From assembly GCA_040954595.2 (NCBI GenBank), contig CM082592.2, positions 2,992,735-3,056,734 on the forward strand: 64,000 nucleotides of DNA. Reading direction: 5' to 3'. Source of the stretch: Balanoglossus misakiensis (taxonomy: Eukaryota; Animalia; Hemichordata). How positions within the stretch are numbered: the stretch's first letter is position 1; every line of letters starts with the position of its first letter. Below, piece after piece: positions 12,101 to 25,197 of the stretch. Below the pieces are notes generated by a model. It saw nothing but the letters and a program-made list of their open reading frames with translations, searched no databases and had not been told where the DNA came from. Both the position numbers and the translations under genes were made by a program.

Positions 12101-14825
12101 AAACATGTATGTATTTGCTTATCCCTTGTAATTGTCACAGCATCAAAGTTATCACCTTGCACTCTACTCACAACCACTACATGTTTATGTAAGCATATTT
12201 TGCACCATGATTTCTTATCATATCTGTCACAGTTTCTTGCTCAAATCCCTGAAGCATGATGAAATGCCTAGTATCCAGCTTATTATTACAACCTATATGT
12301 GTATAGTCAGCATTGTTTTTGTGTAAAATTTGGATTAAAGTCTGGACTAGAATTCATCAGTCATCAATAACAATGCCTATTATACACATACAGGCTATGT
12401 TGACAAGCAGAGTACTGGGTATATTAGAATGCTGTCTGCATTAGTTCACACACAACATAAGTACTGAAAATAAAGCTAAAAGTTACAGCTAAGGTCCCTT
12501 TAATCATATAAAACAAATCTAAATGTGTGTTATCTCTGACTTCAAACTAAAATTCAATGTAAAATACTTACTCATCAGGATATGGTGGTTCTGGAAAATC
12601 TACAGACATGCATTCAAATGCTGCTAATGTTACAGCTGCTATGTGAGGTCCCTGGAAAAAAAAGGAAAGATCATATGTAAAGTACCTGGTGGTATATTTG
12701 CATAAGTTGGAGGGAACTACAAACTACATTATAGCCATTTTGTTTTCTTCTCAGTTACAATAGAAAGTACGCATCTACAATACACTATATGTTTCAAAGC
12801 CCATTTCATAACATGGTCAGCTTTTCTCAAATAATAGAAAATACACTGCAATCACACTTTGCACTACTGTGGCTATCAATGGTTTTGGTACATATAGCTA
12901 TAATTTTGTTCAAATCATTTTATATAAAACATCAAACATTGATTCCTTTGTTCCAACTACAATAGTCTACATGTAGCAGTTGGCTGTCATTCCATGTTTG
13001 ATCAAATTGACAAATAGGCTAGAAGGACCAGAAAATTGACTTATGTGGTTTTATTTCGATATTCCAGAATCTGATGCAAGTTTTGGTAAGAAGTCTTTTT
13101 AGAAATCATAAAACTAAGTGCTTTGAAATCAGTATGCAGAGCAAAACTGGTAATGGTAGGCTGAAAGTCTGACTTGAATCAGATAATCTACATGTATATC
13201 TCGTGACAGTACATTAAACACTTGCATTTCACAACATGCAGGAAACCAATGCTGTATAAAGCTTACTGCATTATGGAAATCATTCATGTGGACTCAAGTC
13301 TTCCCATATTTAGACCAAGTAAAATAACCTTCTAATATTTCAAATGATGAGGTGTTGCCTAGGCAACTACTTACCAAATAGAGAAGAAATGTATGTAAAC
13401 CAGTCCCAAGGCCAACAGAAGACAGAATACCAAGGCCTACCCAGTAGGCACACCAAAGAAATTGTTTCCTCATTGAAGCTACATACTGTAAATAAATCAA
13501 ATTGCAATTAGACTTCAGGTTGATGACTACACAGATGCAGTGCATGGTTATCACATTCTATAGCCTTTTGTGTAGAATTATGGCAGAGAAAACAGAGTTA
13601 GAATATTGTCATTTTCTTTAAATTTTCATATAAGGTGCCAAAAGACAAGTGCTTGTACGGTAAATGATATAAAGAAAATGCTATGTCACCACGCTTGATT
13701 TTTTTGATAGAACTGGTCAGATATTTTCACCATAGGAAAACTATAGCTGCATTAGCAGTGTGAGAAAAGTGCCGACTCAGCATTGTCCACAATCTTTGAG
13801 ACCCCCTATAAACTGAAAAAGTAGTATGGGAACAGCATGTTTTCTCTCTATATTTGTTTTTAAAATTCATTGATAAACAATACATAGAAAAATCAGGAAA
13901 ATGACAACATTATAACTTTTGAATAGTAGTTAACTACCTAAAGGATCTGTCCTGTTAGTTATAGATGTACATGTATGGTTATTACTGTATCAGAAATACA
14001 CATACAATTCAATATTTCTTACCTGTTGATGGGATCCTTTAGTATGATAGGCAGTAATTAAACACAATGCTACTGTAATGATACTAAATACTTTGATTTT
14101 ATTATTCCATAGTCTGTAAGAATAAAAGACATCATGATCAAGATACGTAATAACGGTCAGGCACATATTCAAGTAGAATTTTAGTTTTACACAAGGAATG
14201 TACTCAGATTGTCAGTTTCAAAGTAATCAGATTTGTGACTTCTCAGAAGACTTTTTACAACAAAATGACAAAAACTACCCCCTGAATAGTAAATTAAACA
14301 GTTTTTGTCACTGCATACAAATATGTAGTATACATAACATTATCAAAGCTGTGTGACTGTCATTTTCTGTCCTGTTAAAAACCTGACTCAGACTGGTAAG
14401 ACTAATACATGTACCTCTCAAACAAGTAGAACATAACCGAGTCTGAGAAACATGATAGGGGAAAATGTTATTAGTCTATCATGTTCAAGACTGAATCCAT
14501 ACAGACACTCATTGACATGAACACCAATATTTGTATGATAAACATATTTCTCAGACAAAAGCTCCACCTACCTGGTTAATATATTTTGAAGTTTTATAAG
14601 AGTTTCACAAACAAAGTAATATAATGTAGTGAATGGTTTTTTCCATAGGACTATGTTAGCTCTTTCTTCTCTGTCATGTCTATGCTGTTCACGCATTGCT
14701 GCATGGTCAGTACTGGAAGTGGAAGATATTGCACTTGGAAGGCGTTTCTGCTGGCCATCTTTTCTAAGGTTTGTGTCTGCTACACCATCAACAGGTGATG
14801 TCTTTCTCCGAACGATATCACTCAT
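9118..14825 (-). CDS. VMP1: Vacuole membrane protein 1 (VMP1, DedA/VTT family), ~421 aa, 11 coding exons
   Basis: Exons 14825-14572, 14113-14023, 13485-13375, 12651-12572, 12091-12010, 11652-11601, 11094-11009, 10784-10704, 10442-10264, 9701-9599, 9264-9118 splice in frame. Hallmark peptides: [92 protein letters not shown]. Confidence 0.97.
11259..11564. mobile_element. piggyBac-like MITE in a VMP1 intron
   Basis: TTAA|CCCTAACGC...GCATTAGGG|TTAA; an inverted homologous copy lies at 56437-56736. Confidence 0.8.
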
Positions 14826-17108
14826 TTTATCACTTTCTTGTAATCTTTTTATCTGCAAAGTAAAATGATATGAAAATATGAGCCTGGCTCACACCTGCTT
14901 GGCAGATAACGAGTGGAAAGAAGCCTGACAGATATAGCGTGACAAACTAATCTAAATGACTTGTGTCATCTTGCCATCAATATCAATAGACTTCCATCAT
15001 GTACAAGTAATTATAAAACCCTTTGGTCAGAATAAGCCTCCTGATTTGCTGAATCTGCAGTTTATATTCTGAACAGTAAGACCAAGTCAGTGGTCGTGTT
15101 GACAGCAAAATCACACCTATTTGACGTGAAAAACTGTTTATTGACGTGAAAATTTGAGTTGATGCGTCAATTTTGATACGTACACCAAGACACCCAGCAA
15201 GCCCATTAACAGCATGGCTGGCCCAGGTTGATTGACAGCAAATCAGTCACGACTCATTTCTTACAATGTTAAAATTTTACACTGTGTATGAATACCAAAT
15301 TTGACTTGGTTCAACCTATTCTTGAGATGGTCAACATAAACATATACGAAAAAAGACAGATATTGGTATGACATGATCATCCCTGTGTGCAAAACTGAAC
15401 AGACATTGATTCTATCTCTATAAATACATATACAAGAACTAGTAGTTTCTTATCAGTACAGGCACAGCATGTTTTTTGGACAATAGTCAGTAATATTGTG
15501 AGTGCATAGTTGAGATTCAGCCAATGCAAAGACAAGTTATACAACATATTTACTACACAATATAAAGCTGTCTAAATGTGTGTCATTTATGTGTTCCAGA
15601 TGATTGTAGTAATAAACCATCATGAACAAACTTGATAAGTGCATTGTCTATATCTACTACATGTTGACGCATATTGTCATTGTTAGTTATTATAGTGGAA
15701 AAACAGTAGTAAACACTGCACGAACGAGAATCACATCATTCTCTCCTACATTTACCTTACAGACTCCAAAGAATTTGGCAAGTTTGGACCACCAACTACA
15801 TTCTGATCTCTTTCCTTGTTGATCAACGCGTATAATTAGAGGCTGTACTGGTATTGCTACGTTCACATTATCCACATTAACCATACATTCAGCCATGACT
15901 TGACTGGGACAACATGGCAAGGAGACTTTAAGTTGGACTCTTAGACCACGGATAATGAATATGTATTACCACGATGTCACTGAACAATGCTGAACACATG
16001 CCAAAGTTCACTGTTTGTATGGTAATCATCTGACATCATATCGCAAGGGATGAATCAACAATCGTTCAAACTGAAATAACCTTGAAAGAGCATAACAAGT
16101 CGTTTATATTCAGGGTGACCTTCTACCGGGGTCATCCCTGGCTATTTCTTTAATTAATACTACGGGAACTCTGTTTACATACGTACTGTACGTGTGCAAA
16201 GAAGGAGGAATTGGTTGTTCAATATTTGTTTTGAGAAATAGACTGAAGAACAATGTTATTATTCATTACAATGCAGTTTCCTGTTCATCGCCATAATGCA
16301 TGATGGGTGAAATGACATGATGAAATGACCATGCCATATTGACAATAAGATTATATGCCAGCCACAAGGCAAATATTTTCTTTTTGAGATTTGAGAGATT
16401 TTATACAAAAGAAATGCTTCATAGATCAAGAATATCACTTAATATCTACCATGTAAAATTCCATCCTGATGTTCTAAAGCATACCATGACCCAAAATTTC
16501 CGGGGGTGGTACATGTACCTGTCATAGGACAGTGGCTGGCTATACAAACCCCTGACTTCATTCAAACATGTCAATAATTAGTAAAAATGCATTGTGGGTC
16601 ATTTACTTTAACTTTGGCCAGGTATAGACTGGATTTACACACATCTGATCTTAACAGGAATCAAAATTTGGAATGGTCTGCCTGATCTGGGTTTTGAGCC
16701 AAAACTGACAAATCTGCTATAATAAGAATAAAATGATCAAATAATGAGAATGATGGAAAAAGATAACCTCCTTTTAGACCTTGAATGGACACTAGTAATG
16801 TGTAGTGGCAGATATAGTAAACATGACATTGTCAAAGGTGATGTATGACCAGCACCTCATGAAATGATATGTGCCATCACTCTGGCATTCATGAAAAAAA
16901 CATCAGCTGTTACATGATATGCAAATGCCGTTGACAGGTCAAAATATATGATATACCAAAAGTGACCAAAGGAATTATTTCACCTTGCACTGTCGATGCA
17001 TGGATCAGATCAAAATGATTATTTGTTGTGTCATCAAAAGCTGACCTGACATTGACTGATCCACTTTCAAGATGAGAGTTAAAATTACACTAAAATGTCA
17101 CCCAAAGG

Positions 17109-17237
17109 GGTTGCTGCAATAATTGTAGCAGGTGCTCCTAGGTTGATGTTGTGTTCGCACCCAACACAACATCAAACACAACACGCACCGAGCACAACAT
17201 CAATCTAGCAGCACCTGCTACAATCATTGCAGCAACC
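17109..17237. repeat. Imperfect ~130-bp inverted repeat (MITE-like) in the VMP1 5' intron
   Basis: GGTTGCTGCAATAATTGTAGCAGGTGCT...AGCACCTGCTACAATCATTGCAGCAACC, arms ~49 bp; no clean TSD. Confidence 0.7.
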
Positions 17238-17629
17238 AAACGGGGAGTGAGTATTCTATTTTGATGCTTTCCACAGATTGCCAGACTTTCCGCATGGCTT
17301 TCCATTGCGAAGCCCTGTCTACCACCGATGAAATCTTCCAATCTCCTAACCAAACCTCCCTGATATCAAAGCATTGTCACTCTAAGCTAATTACCACTAT
17401 TGTCAACAAAGAAATTAGTACATGTGATGATCATGTATGTTATGTATGCTGTATTGTAATAATAGCAGAAACCACACAAATTAATGTACATGTATGTTCA
17501 AAAAGAGAGGCGATAGTATACTAATAGAAATTATCCGACGTGGGTTAGGCTTCTTCTATCCACAGTCCCTCTGTAATAGAGGGACTGTTTTCTATCTAAG
17601 CAAACGAGCAAACGTGAAGGTGAATAGTG

Positions 17630-17833
17630 GGATCTGGTTCTCTTAGTGGACACGACTATACCCCATGGCAACGATACCATGGCAATGAGGGTGAGTTAGG
17701 GTTAGGGTTAGGAGGGTTAGGGGTGGCAATGTGAGGGTGAGTTTATCCCATACCCTAACCCTCCTAACCCTAACCCTAAAAAACCATGGTATCGCCATGG
17801 GGTATAGTCGTGTCCACTAAGTGAACCAGATCC
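17630..17833. mobile_element. Second copy (opposite orientation) of the telomeric-repeat MITE
   Basis: Same TIR as 6353-6557; TSD GAATAGTG at 17622-17629 and 17834-17841. Confidence 0.9.
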
Positions 17834-18260
17834 GAATAGTGAAATCATGTTGCATCCAAATCCAATGCATCTACACTACACTAGTCACTACAGTACATTT
17901 CTACTTCTCCTTTACAATATGCGTGCAGTTAGTGTTAGTGACAAAGTCGCAAGCAAGTCGAGTGACTTTGAACAACTTGTCTCACCAGGGCCACTTTCGT
18001 TCCATGGTTGGGTATATTACGCTGTTTAGCGAGTCGCTTCAGTTCAACGTATTTCATCTCATCGAGACGATGTGTGCGATCGACGGCTGTGTTGTTTTTT
18101 TCGATACCGGCATGTTTACCATTGATTTGTTTCACCTCCTCGGAGCGAAGCTTGCCTTTCCGGTGACGTCTTGGTTTATCCATACTGCACCTTACATATA
18201 AAGGAACCCTCAGCGAATAACCGTTTACACCTTAATATCGAACCACTTTATAAATCTCAC

Positions 18261-18420
18261 CTGAATGTACCAACAACAGCTGTCTCCCGTACGTTTCACT
18301 CTCACGCAACACGACGTGTACATACAGCGGACGAACAGACGAATGTATGACGTCCACCAGCCTTAAAGAACCAACACTGTGATTGGTGCGTTCTGTCTAT
18401 TTTGTCCAATTAGATCACAT
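18261..18420 (-). promoter_or_regulatory. Putative VMP1 5'UTR first exon and promoter
   Basis: Minus-strand donor CAG|GTGAGA at ~18260, CpG-richer segment, CRE-like TGACGTC at ~18348 and CCAAT boxes at ~18380 and ~18406. Confidence 0.5.
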
Positions 18421-18499
18421 GTTATATAAATGTTTTGGAAAGCATGACCGCCCGGGCACGCACGCGCACAGGGGCATGACAGGATGGATTTTTTCCCGG

Positions 18500-18882
18500 T
18501 GTTGTGCCGAATTCGGCCCCATGCCGAATACGTCCCCGCGCATGCTCGGGTCATCAGTAACATGTGTCTGAAATATTGCATTTTCTTGTGTGAAAGTTTT
18601 GCCATCCAACGTGCATGTAAGGCTGTGCATGAATGTACATTGTACTGCACTGTAAACTTGGACATTGCATTACCGCAAGGATTTAATTTCATTCCACCAA
18701 CAAATCAGGGCCATGGGTAGATATTCACCCATTTAGGCCGAAACCATCACTTTTAGCTTTCAATAGTTAACATGACTTTAATCAGCAGCTTTACCTGCCG
18801 ATCTTATCCCTTAGAAGCCATGGTTTGTTTGTCAAGGCATGCGCGGGGACGTATTCGGCATGGGGCCGAATTCGGCACAACA
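18500..18882. mobile_element. Ginger-like MITE (TGT...ACA termini)
   Basis: ~46-bp TIR TGTTGTGCCGAATTCGGCCCCATGCCGAATACGTCCCCGCGCATGC; flanks CCGG and CCTG form a 4-bp TSD with one mismatch. Confidence 0.75.
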
Positions 18883-19015
18883 CCTGGTGGCACCACTGAA
18901 TCTTTTTCCGTGCTCGTGCAGAAACGTATAGTTTTCATACCGTTACCTCCGATCCGTTTTACTCCAGCTCTTTTTTCCCCTTCAGCCCTAGATTCACTTA
19001 TTTCAGTTCAAGCTA

Positions 19016-19949
19016 AGGGACTGTCCAGAATTTACTTCCAGGGGGGGGGGGGCGCCACCCATTTTCCCCATGAAAAATTAGGGGGGGGGGGCAGACATAA
19101 AAATCACAGTCCTTTAGGGGGGGCGTGTAAAAAACCCTCACAAACTCAATATTTGCCCAGAAGTACTGATTTATAAGAAACAAATCACCATGGCTACCTG
19201 GATGACAGATGAACTCCACAAGTGTATTAAATCTTCATAAGCTGGAATTTCGGGTAATTTTTTTACGGTGGTTTATTTCGTATTTGTACTACAGTTTCTT
19301 GTTCTACTACTCTGTGAAGCATAATAAGGCTGCATTCACAAACACCTCTGGAGGGGGGGGGGAGAATTCAATTTTTTTACCGTTAATTTTCACATGCCCC
19401 CCTCAACAACCCGAAATATTTTCAAATCCCCCCTTCCGAACTGCCAAAATGTTCAACCCCCCCCCCATTTTCTTTCACACAGCAAAACACATCACCTATC
19501 TATCTTGTAAAAAAGAAAAACAGCGCTCCCATGGCAAGAATTTGAAACTGATGTTTCCCCTTATCAGTGGGTATTAAAACTGAACATTGTTTATATTTTT
19601 TAAGTATTTTGTATTCTGTATTGGGAGACATTGTAAACCGAGAATTGAAGGGGGTGGGTTTGGGAGGGGGTGTCTCCCTCCCACGTAAGAAAATTGTACA
19701 AAATACAGAGTTCAAAACTGCATTTTAATGAATCCAAAAGCAAATTAACTCAACTACCGGTATGTTGGAGAGGACAAATTTAACCTTCGGCGCTCAAAGT
19801 TAGCATGGGGAGGGGGGGGGGGGCAAGTCCCCTGTCCTGGGACACTAGATAAACCAGTCAATGATTTAAAGGTGTTGATCGATGATGGGGGTGGGGGTGG
19901 GAGGGGTGTGCAAGTCCCCTGTCCTGGAAGTAAATTCTGGACAGTCCCT
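19016..19949. mobile_element. PIF/Harbinger-like non-autonomous element
   Basis: TIR AGGGACTGTCCAGAATTTACTTCCAGG / CCTGGAAGTAAATTCTGGACAGTCCCT with TA-type flanks and poly-G/C tracts; a lone right end recurs at ~40040-40066. Confidence 0.75.
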
Positions 19950-21017
19950 TAGAAAAAAAGACTTGTTCATAGGCCCCTCTTGTCAACTTAGCTCCGGATG
20001 GAGATCTCTTTTGATGGCACCCGGCCCTGTATAAATAGAGTGCAGTGCAATACTGCGCACATTCTGAATGCCATACGAGATTGCAGTCCTGTTAGGTACT
20101 TAAACCCCGGTGCGGAAAGTACTGGGGTTCGGATTAACGTGTGTTTGTATAGTTGTTTATTTGGGAGTGGTCGTCGTGCATAATGACTGTTTAATTGATC
20201 TCATGTACATAGAAAATAATTGAACACTTTACACTTCCAAGCGATTGACAGCTGTTTGAATGGCGTGGTTATTGTTTCCCAGGGACGCTTCTGAAAAGCA
20301 CTGAAACCAGATTTCTCCCAAAATCATCGTTGTTTCAAAAGCTCGTGTACTTTTTCGTCGATAACTTTATGTTGTGTGTGTTTATAACTGTCGTTGTGTG
20401 GTGTAATTCTTTAAGCTTGGACCTGTTTGGACCGATTTTCATAGAGCCAAGATCGTTGGTGTTGTCTGTTGTCAGTCAAACGGCATTAAGATTCGCCACT
20501 GATTTGGAGGGTCTTTATACCCCGCACCGGGGTTTAAGTCTGCTCCTGTATTATTTATCAATTTTCATATTTATAATTTGTTGAAAAAAAGTTAAAAATG
20601 ATGTTTCATTATTAATTGTTACTCGCATTTCAGTAATTACACCGTCATATTTCTCGGAAGTAAGTAGTCTCGGTTACCCAGACCCCCCTGCTTCTCAGTT
20701 CCGTTGGACACTCCAGAAAGAGGGTCTGGGGAAACCCCATAGACAAATCTCCGGGCAAAGATGGCCGACTCGGGACAAAAGCGATGCATGATGGTCAACA
20801 TTTATCACATACGATATAATGATATGACGATATTAGAAAACTATTTACCAAACTTCTGTAGACAGTTCTGCAACCATCATGCATCGCGATGTTTCTCTCT
20901 CTTGTTCAAGGGTGATTTTGACATACCCGAACGCGCAAAGTCCTCGTAATCCATGAAATATGCGCAATTACCCCCGAATCCTCGGAGTTATGGGACGTCA
21001 TGCTCACCAATGATTTA

Positions 21018-24000
21018 TTAGGGCCCAAGCCCAGCAGGCTTGGGCCCTATTGGTTTTACTGGGGTTTTTTAGGGCACAAGCCAAGCAGGCTTGTGCCCTA
21101 TTGGTATTACTGGGGTTTTTCATCCTCTTCTTTTTCTTGTGTAGTTTTTTTGCCCAATAGGATCTTGAAAACGGCTGAACCTACAAATCCCAAACTTGGC
21201 ACAGTGATGCAGGCCTATGAGAGCTGGTGCAGTACCCTCGTGAATGTTTAATAAGTCATGTGACCTGATGACCATATATGGGCAAAGTTTTCAAATGGGC
21301 CTAATTTGCATATGAATGGAGATATCAAAATTCTTTTAGCAATTTTTGCGGAACATGTGGTCAGTGTCCTACATGCCAAATGTCAAGGCCGTGCGCCAAA
21401 TCTATTGTGAGAAGAAGATTATTAAATATTATTTGTCATATTTGTGGACCCAGCCATAGGCCTATACTTTCTATAGTTAAGCTATGACGCTATGTCCACG
21501 TCTGTGCAATTGTCCTGTACAGTGACAGTCTAGTGGCCCGTGAGCTGAATGGGACCAAAATAAAAGACAAAATTTTGGGCTCACCTGTAACACCTGCTTA
21601 ACTCATTAATTATGTGCATACCTAATTCCGGGCTAACTATTAGGGCTAGAGGTTTTGTTCTTGTGGGACATGGACCAGTATGGGATCAAAAATTTTTGCC
21701 CAAATTTTGGGTGACCTCAGGTGACCTTTGACCTACTTTCCTATATCTCGGCATCCACAGCAGGTACAGACTTGGCGTTTGGAGGGTTGTGACTAAAATT
21801 GAAAAGACAAAATTGGGGGTCACCTGTGACACCTGCATATCTCATTAATTATGTGCATACCTAATTCCAGGCTAGCCAATAGGGCTAGAGGTTTGATTTT
21901 TGTTGAACATGGACCAGTATGGGGTTAAAATTTCTTGCCCAATTTAGGGTGACCTCAGGTGACCTTTGACCTACTTTACCGTATCTCGGCAACCCATGCA
22001 GATACAGCCTTGGCATTTGGAGGCATGGAACTCCTAATGGAGCCTTATACTTTACCTCATTTATTATGTGCATATCTAATTCTAGGCGAACCAATAGGGC
22101 TAGAGGTCTGGTTTTTGTTGGACCTGCACTAGTATGGGGTCAAAATTTTTTGCCCAAATTTTGGGTGACCACATATGTCCTTTGACCTTCGGCTTAAGCT
22201 TGTGCCCGTCATCGCTGCTTGCAGCTATATTTTTAGGGCACAAGCCAAGCAGGCTTGTGCCCTATTGGTATTACTGGGGTTTTTCATCTTTTTTTTTTTT
22301 TTTTTTTTCTTGTGTAGTTTTTTTGCTCAGGTAGATCTTGAAAACGGCTGAACCTACAAATCTCAAACTTGGCACAATGGTGCAGGTCTATGAGAGCTCG
22401 TGCAGTACCCTTGTGAATGTGTAATTAGTCACATGACCTGATGACCATATATGGGCAAAGTTTTCAAATGGGCCTAATTTGCATATGAATGACGATATCA
22501 AAATTCTGTGCAATCATTTTGCGGACCATATGGTCAGTGTCCTACATGCTAAATTTCAAGGCTCTGGGCCAAGTCAATTTTGAGAAGAAGATTTTTAAAT
22601 ATTATATTTCATATTTTTTGGACCCAGCCATAGGCCTATACTTTCAATAGTTAAGCTATGATGCTATGTCCACATCTGTGCAATGGTCCTGTACTGTGAT
22701 TCTCTATTGGCCCGTGAGCAAAATGGGACCAAAATAAAAGGCAAAATTTTGGGCTCACCTGTAACACCTGCTTAACTCATTAATTATGTGCATACCTAAT
22801 TCTAGGCTAACTAATAGGGCTAGAGGTTTTGTGCTTGTGGGACATGGACCAGTATAGGGTAAAAAAAAATTGCCCAAATTTTGGGTGACCTCAGGTGACC
22901 TTTGACCTACTTTCCTATATCTCGGCATCCAGAGCAGGTACAGACTTGGCGTTTGGAGGGTTGGGACTAAAATTTAAAAGCCAAAATTGAGGGTCACCTG
23001 TGACACCTGCTTATCTCATTAATTATGTGCATACCTAATTCCAGGCCAACCAATAGGACTAGAGGTTTGATTTTTGCTGAACATGAACCAGTATGGGGTC
23101 AAAATTTCTTGCCCAAATTTTGGGTGACCTCAGGTGACCTTTGACCTACTTTCCTATATCTCCGCTTCCAGAGCAGGTACAGACTTGGCGTTTTGGAGGG
23201 TTGGGACTAAAATTTAAAAGCCAAAATTGGGGGTCACCTGTGACACCTGCATATCTCATTAATTATGTGCATACCTAATTCCAGGCTAACCAATAGGGCT
23301 AGAGGTTTAATTTTTGCTGAACATGGACCAGTATGGGGTCAAAATTTCTTGCCCAAATTTTGGGTGACCTCAGGTGACCTTTGACCTACTTTATCATATC
23401 TCGGCATGCACAGCAGCTACAGCCTTGGCATTTGGAGGGATGGAACTCCTGATGGAGCCTTACACTTTACCTCATTAATTATGCACATACATAATTGTAG
23501 GCGAACCAATAGGGCTAGAGATTTTGTTCTTGTGGGACACGGACCAGTATGGGGTCAAAATTTCTTGCCCAAATTTTGGGTGACCACTTATGACCTTTGA
23601 CCTTCGGCTTAAGCTTGGGCCCGTCATCGCTGCTTGCAGCTATATTCTTCTACTTCTTTTTCTTGTGTAGTTTTTTTCGTCAAGTACATCTTGAAAACGG
23701 CTGAACCTACAAATCTCAAACTTGGCACAATGGTGCAGGCCAATGAGAGCATGAGTTGTACTCTTGTGAATGTTTAATTAGTCACGTGACCTGATGACCA
23801 TATATGGGCAAAGTTTTCAAATGGGCCTAATTTGCATATGAATGGAGATATCGAAATTCTGTGCAATCATTTTGCGGACCATATGGTTAGTGTCCTACAT
23901 GCTAAATTTCAAGGCTCTGGGCCAAGTCAATTTTGAGGAGAAGATTTTTAAATATTATATTTCATATTTTTTGGACCCAGCCATAGGCCTATACTTTCTA

Positions 24001-24757
24001 TAGTTAAGCTATGATGCTATGTCCACATCTGTGCAATGGTCCTGTACTGTGACTCTCTATTGGCCCGTGAGCAAAATGGGACCAAAATAAAAGGCAAAAT
24101 TTTGGGCTCACCTGTAACACCTGCTTAACTCATTAATTATGTGCATACCTAATTCTGGGCTAACTAATAGGGCTAGAGGTTTTGTGCTTGTGGGACATGG
24201 ACCAGTATAGGGTAAAAAAAATTGCCCAAATTTTGGGTGACCTCAGGTGACCTTTGACCTACTTTCCTATATCTCGGCATCCTGAGCAGGTACAGACTTG
24301 GCGTTTGGAGGGTTGGGACTAAAATTTAAAAGCCAAAATTGAGGGTCACCTGTGACACCTGCTTATCTCATTAATTATGTGCATACCTAATTCCAGGCCA
24401 ACCAATAGGACTAGAGGTTTGATTTTTGCTGAACATGAACCAGTATGGGGTCAAAATTTCTTGCCCAAATTTTGGGTGACCTCAGGTGACCTTTGACCTA
24501 CTTTACCATATCTCGGCATGCACAGCAGCTACAGCCGTGGCATTTGGAGGGATGGAACTCCTGATGGAGCCTTACACTTTACCTCATTAATAATGCACAT
24601 ACATAATTGTAGGCGAACCAATAGGGCTAGAGATTTTGTTCTTGTGGGACACGGACCAGTATGGGGTCAAAATTTCTTGCCCAAATTTTGGGTGACCACT
24701 TATGACCTTTGACCTTCGGCTTAAGCTTGGGCCCGTCATCGCTGCTTGCAGCTATAT
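21018..24757 (-). mobile_element. Cluster of three nested Helentron-like (Helitron2/HINE-type) non-autonomous elements
   Basis: Three hairpin ends GGG(C/A)CAAGC...GCTTG(G/T)GCCC (~21020, ~21071, ~22235) and three opposite ends ATCGCTGCTTGCAGCTATATT (~22230, ~23646, ~24757). Internal ~240-bp subrepeats; insertion in T tracts with no TSD. Confidence 0.75.
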
Positions 24758-25197
24758 TTTATAGAATATTTTTTTAATTTTTCATTTTTTTATGAAACCA
24801 AATTACAATTATATATAATAAATCCCGATAATGATACTTTGGACATGCTAGAGGAATCGACTCATGAAGGCATAAATAATCGTAGGTAAATTTATTTTTT
24901 TGTTGCAAGACTCGTAAATGCTGCAAGTTTACATACCGGGCTGGCGTCAAACAGGAGAATCATCGTTTTCGCGCTTTTACCTCTGAAAACATCTACACAT
25001 TGGTGCAAGTCGGTACATGCTCGAACCTTTCCCGCTGTCAATACTAGTAATACAGCTAGTATACTTTTGTAATTCATGTGTTTTTTTCCAAGTAGGCCAG
25101 CTACCAGACATCACGAATCTCCACGAAATTCACACCGATTTCAGTGTCGAGAAAAATTTCCTTGTTCGGTGTGTGGGGGGGGGGGGGGGGGCTAGCT

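Noticed and set aside
19970-20040. HDV-like ribozyme
   Set aside because: I could not assign the nested double pseudoknot; it looks more like a LINE/SINE 3' tail ending CCCTGTATAAATA.
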